Source: Smutsia gigantea
Lineage: Eukaryota
DNA: 64,000 nt
Assembly (NCBI GenBank): GCA_032199065.1
Contig: JAVSCE010011590.1
Location: forward strand, 172,551-236,550
Direction: 5' to 3'
Below the pieces are notes generated by a model, which worked only from the letters and a program-made list of their open reading frames with translations, did not search any database and was not told the origin of the DNA. Shown here one piece after another: positions 61,935 through 64,000 of this stretch (within the stretch, counting starts at the first letter, position 1; every line of letters begins with the position of its first letter). The position numbers and the translations under genes were made by a program.

Positions 61935-62100
61935 CATACCTGGTAGAGCTCAGCTACCCGGATCCAGTCAGAAGGCAGCTGCACAATCGCACAGAAATAT
62001 CTTCGAAGGTGGGGGCGGCAGACTGGCAAGAAGGCAGCGATGGCCAGGAGTCTGTTGGCCAAATCCCGGAGGTTCAGCCGCTGCCTGGCGTACAGTGCAG
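61935..62100 (-). CDS. TEP1: TEP1 N-terminal region exon, approximate limits (AALYARQRLNLRDLANRLLAIAAFLPVCRPHLRRYFCAIVQLPSDWIRVAELYQ)
   Basis: This is part of minus ORF 61796..62137, with a donor-like cttacctg at 61938. Confidence 0.4.
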
Positions 62101-62829
62101 CCTGGGCACAGCGTAGAAGGGTTAGCACCATGCCCAAAACTAACTTGCTTATCTAACCAGCCTGCATAAAACCTTTCCTGGCCCTGCACATTGTCTTTAA
62201 AATAGAAAGTCCTAGTGTCTTGGCCTGGCATTCTACATCCTCCATCCTCCATAATCTAGACCTTATCCACCTGTGTAGCATGTCTTCTCCTGAGTATCTT
62301 GATGGTCTCCCAAGTCAGTCAGGCCCTTTTCCCTCTGTGGAAGACCTCCCACCATCAACATCTATCAAAAACCTACCCAGGGTTCAAACTGCAGATTAAA
62401 CTTGCCATCCTCCAAAGCCTCCGAGAAAACATTTTTTTCCCCTTCTCTACTTCTGAAAGATTCACAGTCTACTACTCCATTTGCATTTATATAGTATTTG
62501 GGAGTGTTTTGCTTTTCTAACATCATATCTCCTTAAGAGCCAGATCCAAGTTTCATTATATATCAGTTAGTATGACCCTCAAGGCCTAGCACGGTATACT
62601 TAGCCAGTGTATTACCAAACAAAGGAGCCCTAGGAGGCTCTTTCCCAATCCCATTTTCCTCTACTCCGAGAACCGCAGGGGCTAGGCTCCCACTCACCCG
62701 GAGCGCCTGCTCCCTTCCTAAGGGAAGCCCCACCCACCCCAAGAGGAAGGTGGTCACCATCCCCATCACACACCAGAGCCACACCCCCTGCCCCCCAGCT
62801 TCTCCAACCCCTTCCCACCACGATACCTT

Positions 62830-62960
62830 GAAGATAAACTCAGGCTCCAAGGGGGCAAGCTCACTGCAGACTTTAAGGAGGAAAGCCTGGGTAGAATGAG
62901 CTGCAACTTCTGCGTTCACATCTGATGCCAGAGAGGAGCACAGGAGGCTCACTAGAGCCA
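62830..62960 (-). CDS. TEP1: TEP1 N-terminal exon, approximate limits (MALVSLLCSSLASDVNAEVAAHSTQAFLLKVCSELAPLEPEFIFK)
   Basis: This is part of minus ORF 62563..63018. Confidence 0.35.
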
Positions 62961-63229
62961 TCTGGGAATTGGGAGAGAGAGACGGAAAGGAGTAATAGGG
63001 ACCAACACAAGCATCCACTCAGCCAACTTACAAGACCAAGGACAGACAGAATGGACCCCAGGTTCAGGAAGATGTTTGTCCGACCAAGAGATTAGAAAAG
63101 GGGCTAAGGAAGTGAGAAGTAAGAGCCAGGTGATGCCCCCTTCTTCCCCTCTGTGGAGGGCTTCTGCTTCAGCTTCTGGTTATACTCCCCTCCACCACCA
63201 TCAACCTCTCCCCAACTTGGGAACTTTTA

Positions 63230-63400
63230 CCTTCTTTTCCTGAAGGGCTTGGTCAGCAGGCTCAGAACAGGATTCAGCGCCCCCAGGGGTGAGCTTCGGG
63301 GCCAGCTCCTCCACCTCGTCCTCCTCTCCCAAGCTTAAACTGTAAGAAGGCATTTGAGCCTCTGTCCATTCCTTCTCTTCTGTAGAGGACCAGTGATCCT
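63230..63400 (-). CDS. TEP1: TEP1 N-terminal exon, approximate limits (acidic segment ...HWSSTEEKEWTEAQMPSYSLSLGEEDEVEELAPKLTPGGAESCSEPADQALQEKK)
   Basis: This is part of minus ORF 63201..63494. Confidence 0.35.
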
Positions 63401-64000
63401 GCAGAGAGCAGCAGTTACTGGTCACAGCAGGCACCCACGGGCCCTCAAACGCAGACAGGGTAGAAGCAGCTCCCAGAGATGGAAGAGTGCACATCTAACT
63501 TCTAGCACCTCCACCCCTCTCCCTCCACACCTCGGCACTGATGTGTCCTGACATAGTGCTCTCTCACGGCGGCACCTCTCCTAACTCTGAGCCTTTGCTC
63601 AGGTGCTCTGGGACCTTCCCCCTGCTTTCACCTCCTCGTTAGTGTCCCAGTCTAGGATCCTGGGGCCCCTCACAACACACCTCCTCTGATGCTATCAAGA
63701 TATTGTGGAGTCAAAAGAAAATGGGCCAAGTCCCATGTCAATGCCCCAGCAACCCTGCTCTGCTTCACCTCTGAGCTTCAACTTCCCCCTTCCCTACAAC
63801 CCACCTGACGGGGCTGATAGAAGAGTAAATGGGACAACATACGGATGACTCTGAAAATCACAAAACCCGAAATAAATGTGAGATGTCAGTAGTTATAACC
63901 CTGAGACTCCTGTTAGGGAGATTTTCATTGACCTCAGTTTAAAGGTGAGAAAATTAAAGCTTCAAAGGTTAGGAATCTTGCCAAACCAAGGTTGTACGGC

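Larger units (their letters stand above)
28200..64000 (-). other. TEP1: TEP1 (telomerase-associated protein 1 / vault protein TEP1) gene body, multi-exon. The 3' end is at ~28,200 and the 5' end lies beyond the window end
   Basis: Minus-strand exon-sized open segments carry many WD40 repeats (28.3-37 kb). There is a NACHT NTPase with Walker [12 protein letters not shown]|ASLVSAL and Walker B LVLIIDGADRL (40.8-41.5 kb). TROVE/vWA-like regions lie at 51-57 kb and N-terminal exons at 60-63.4 kb. The gene is convergent with PARP2, as in human. Confidence 0.85.

Noticed and set aside
1-64000. A prokaryotic-style novel defence, toxin or mobile system (operon, CRISPR array, phage island)
   Set aside because: The sequence is unmistakably eutherian nuclear DNA. 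It has spliced genes with GT/AG introns, L1 and MIR retroposons, CpG depletion outside a promoter island, and AATAAA signals. There are no operons, no CRISPR repeats and no tRNA genes. The only defence-like architecture (NACHT plus WD40 in TEP1) belongs to a known gene.

Overview
This window is eukaryotic, not prokaryotic. It is an intron-containing locus from a non-human eutherian mammal, orthologous to human 14q11.2 (RPPH1, PARP2, TEP1). Main contents by position:

- **1-10,300:** repeat-rich sequence with no supportable coding. It holds a purine microsatellite, a MIR remnant, and a ~0.9 kb 5'-truncated L1 3' fragment on the minus strand.
- **10,358-10,696 (-):** RNase P RNA H1 (RPPH1), 339 nt. 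Its type-3 Pol III promoter (octamer, PSE, TATA) matches the human H1 promoter almost base for base. A T4 terminator follows the gene.
- **10,930-19,803 (+):** PARP2, starting 234 bp from the RPPH1 TSS in head-to-head arrangement inside one CpG island. All 16 coding exons are mapped with GT/AG boundaries and consistent phases. The CDS is 1704 nt, 567 aa, and corresponds to the short isoform. A polyadenylation signal lies at 19,893.
- **21,487-26,995 (+):** a full-length but disrupted L1 with a perfect 18-bp target-site duplication. It sits between the convergent 3' ends of PARP2 and TEP1.
- **about 28,200-64,000 (-):** TEP1, running off the window at its 5' end. Identified parts are the final coding exon (stop at 28,314-28,316), WD40 exons, NACHT exons carrying Walker A GQSGQGKT and Walker B LVLIIDGAD, TROVE/vWA-region exons, and N-terminal exons.
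- **44,913-51,223 (+):** a second, more decayed L1 with a 17-bp TSD, antisense inside a TEP1 intron.
- **Smaller repeats:** MIR copies, older L1 remnants and a (GT)13 microsatellite.

I see no sign of a novel, undescribed system; this is a well-characterised mammalian locus. Most of the six-frame ORFs are spurious. They are antisense to GC-rich exons, run into introns, or are fragments of L1 ORFs.
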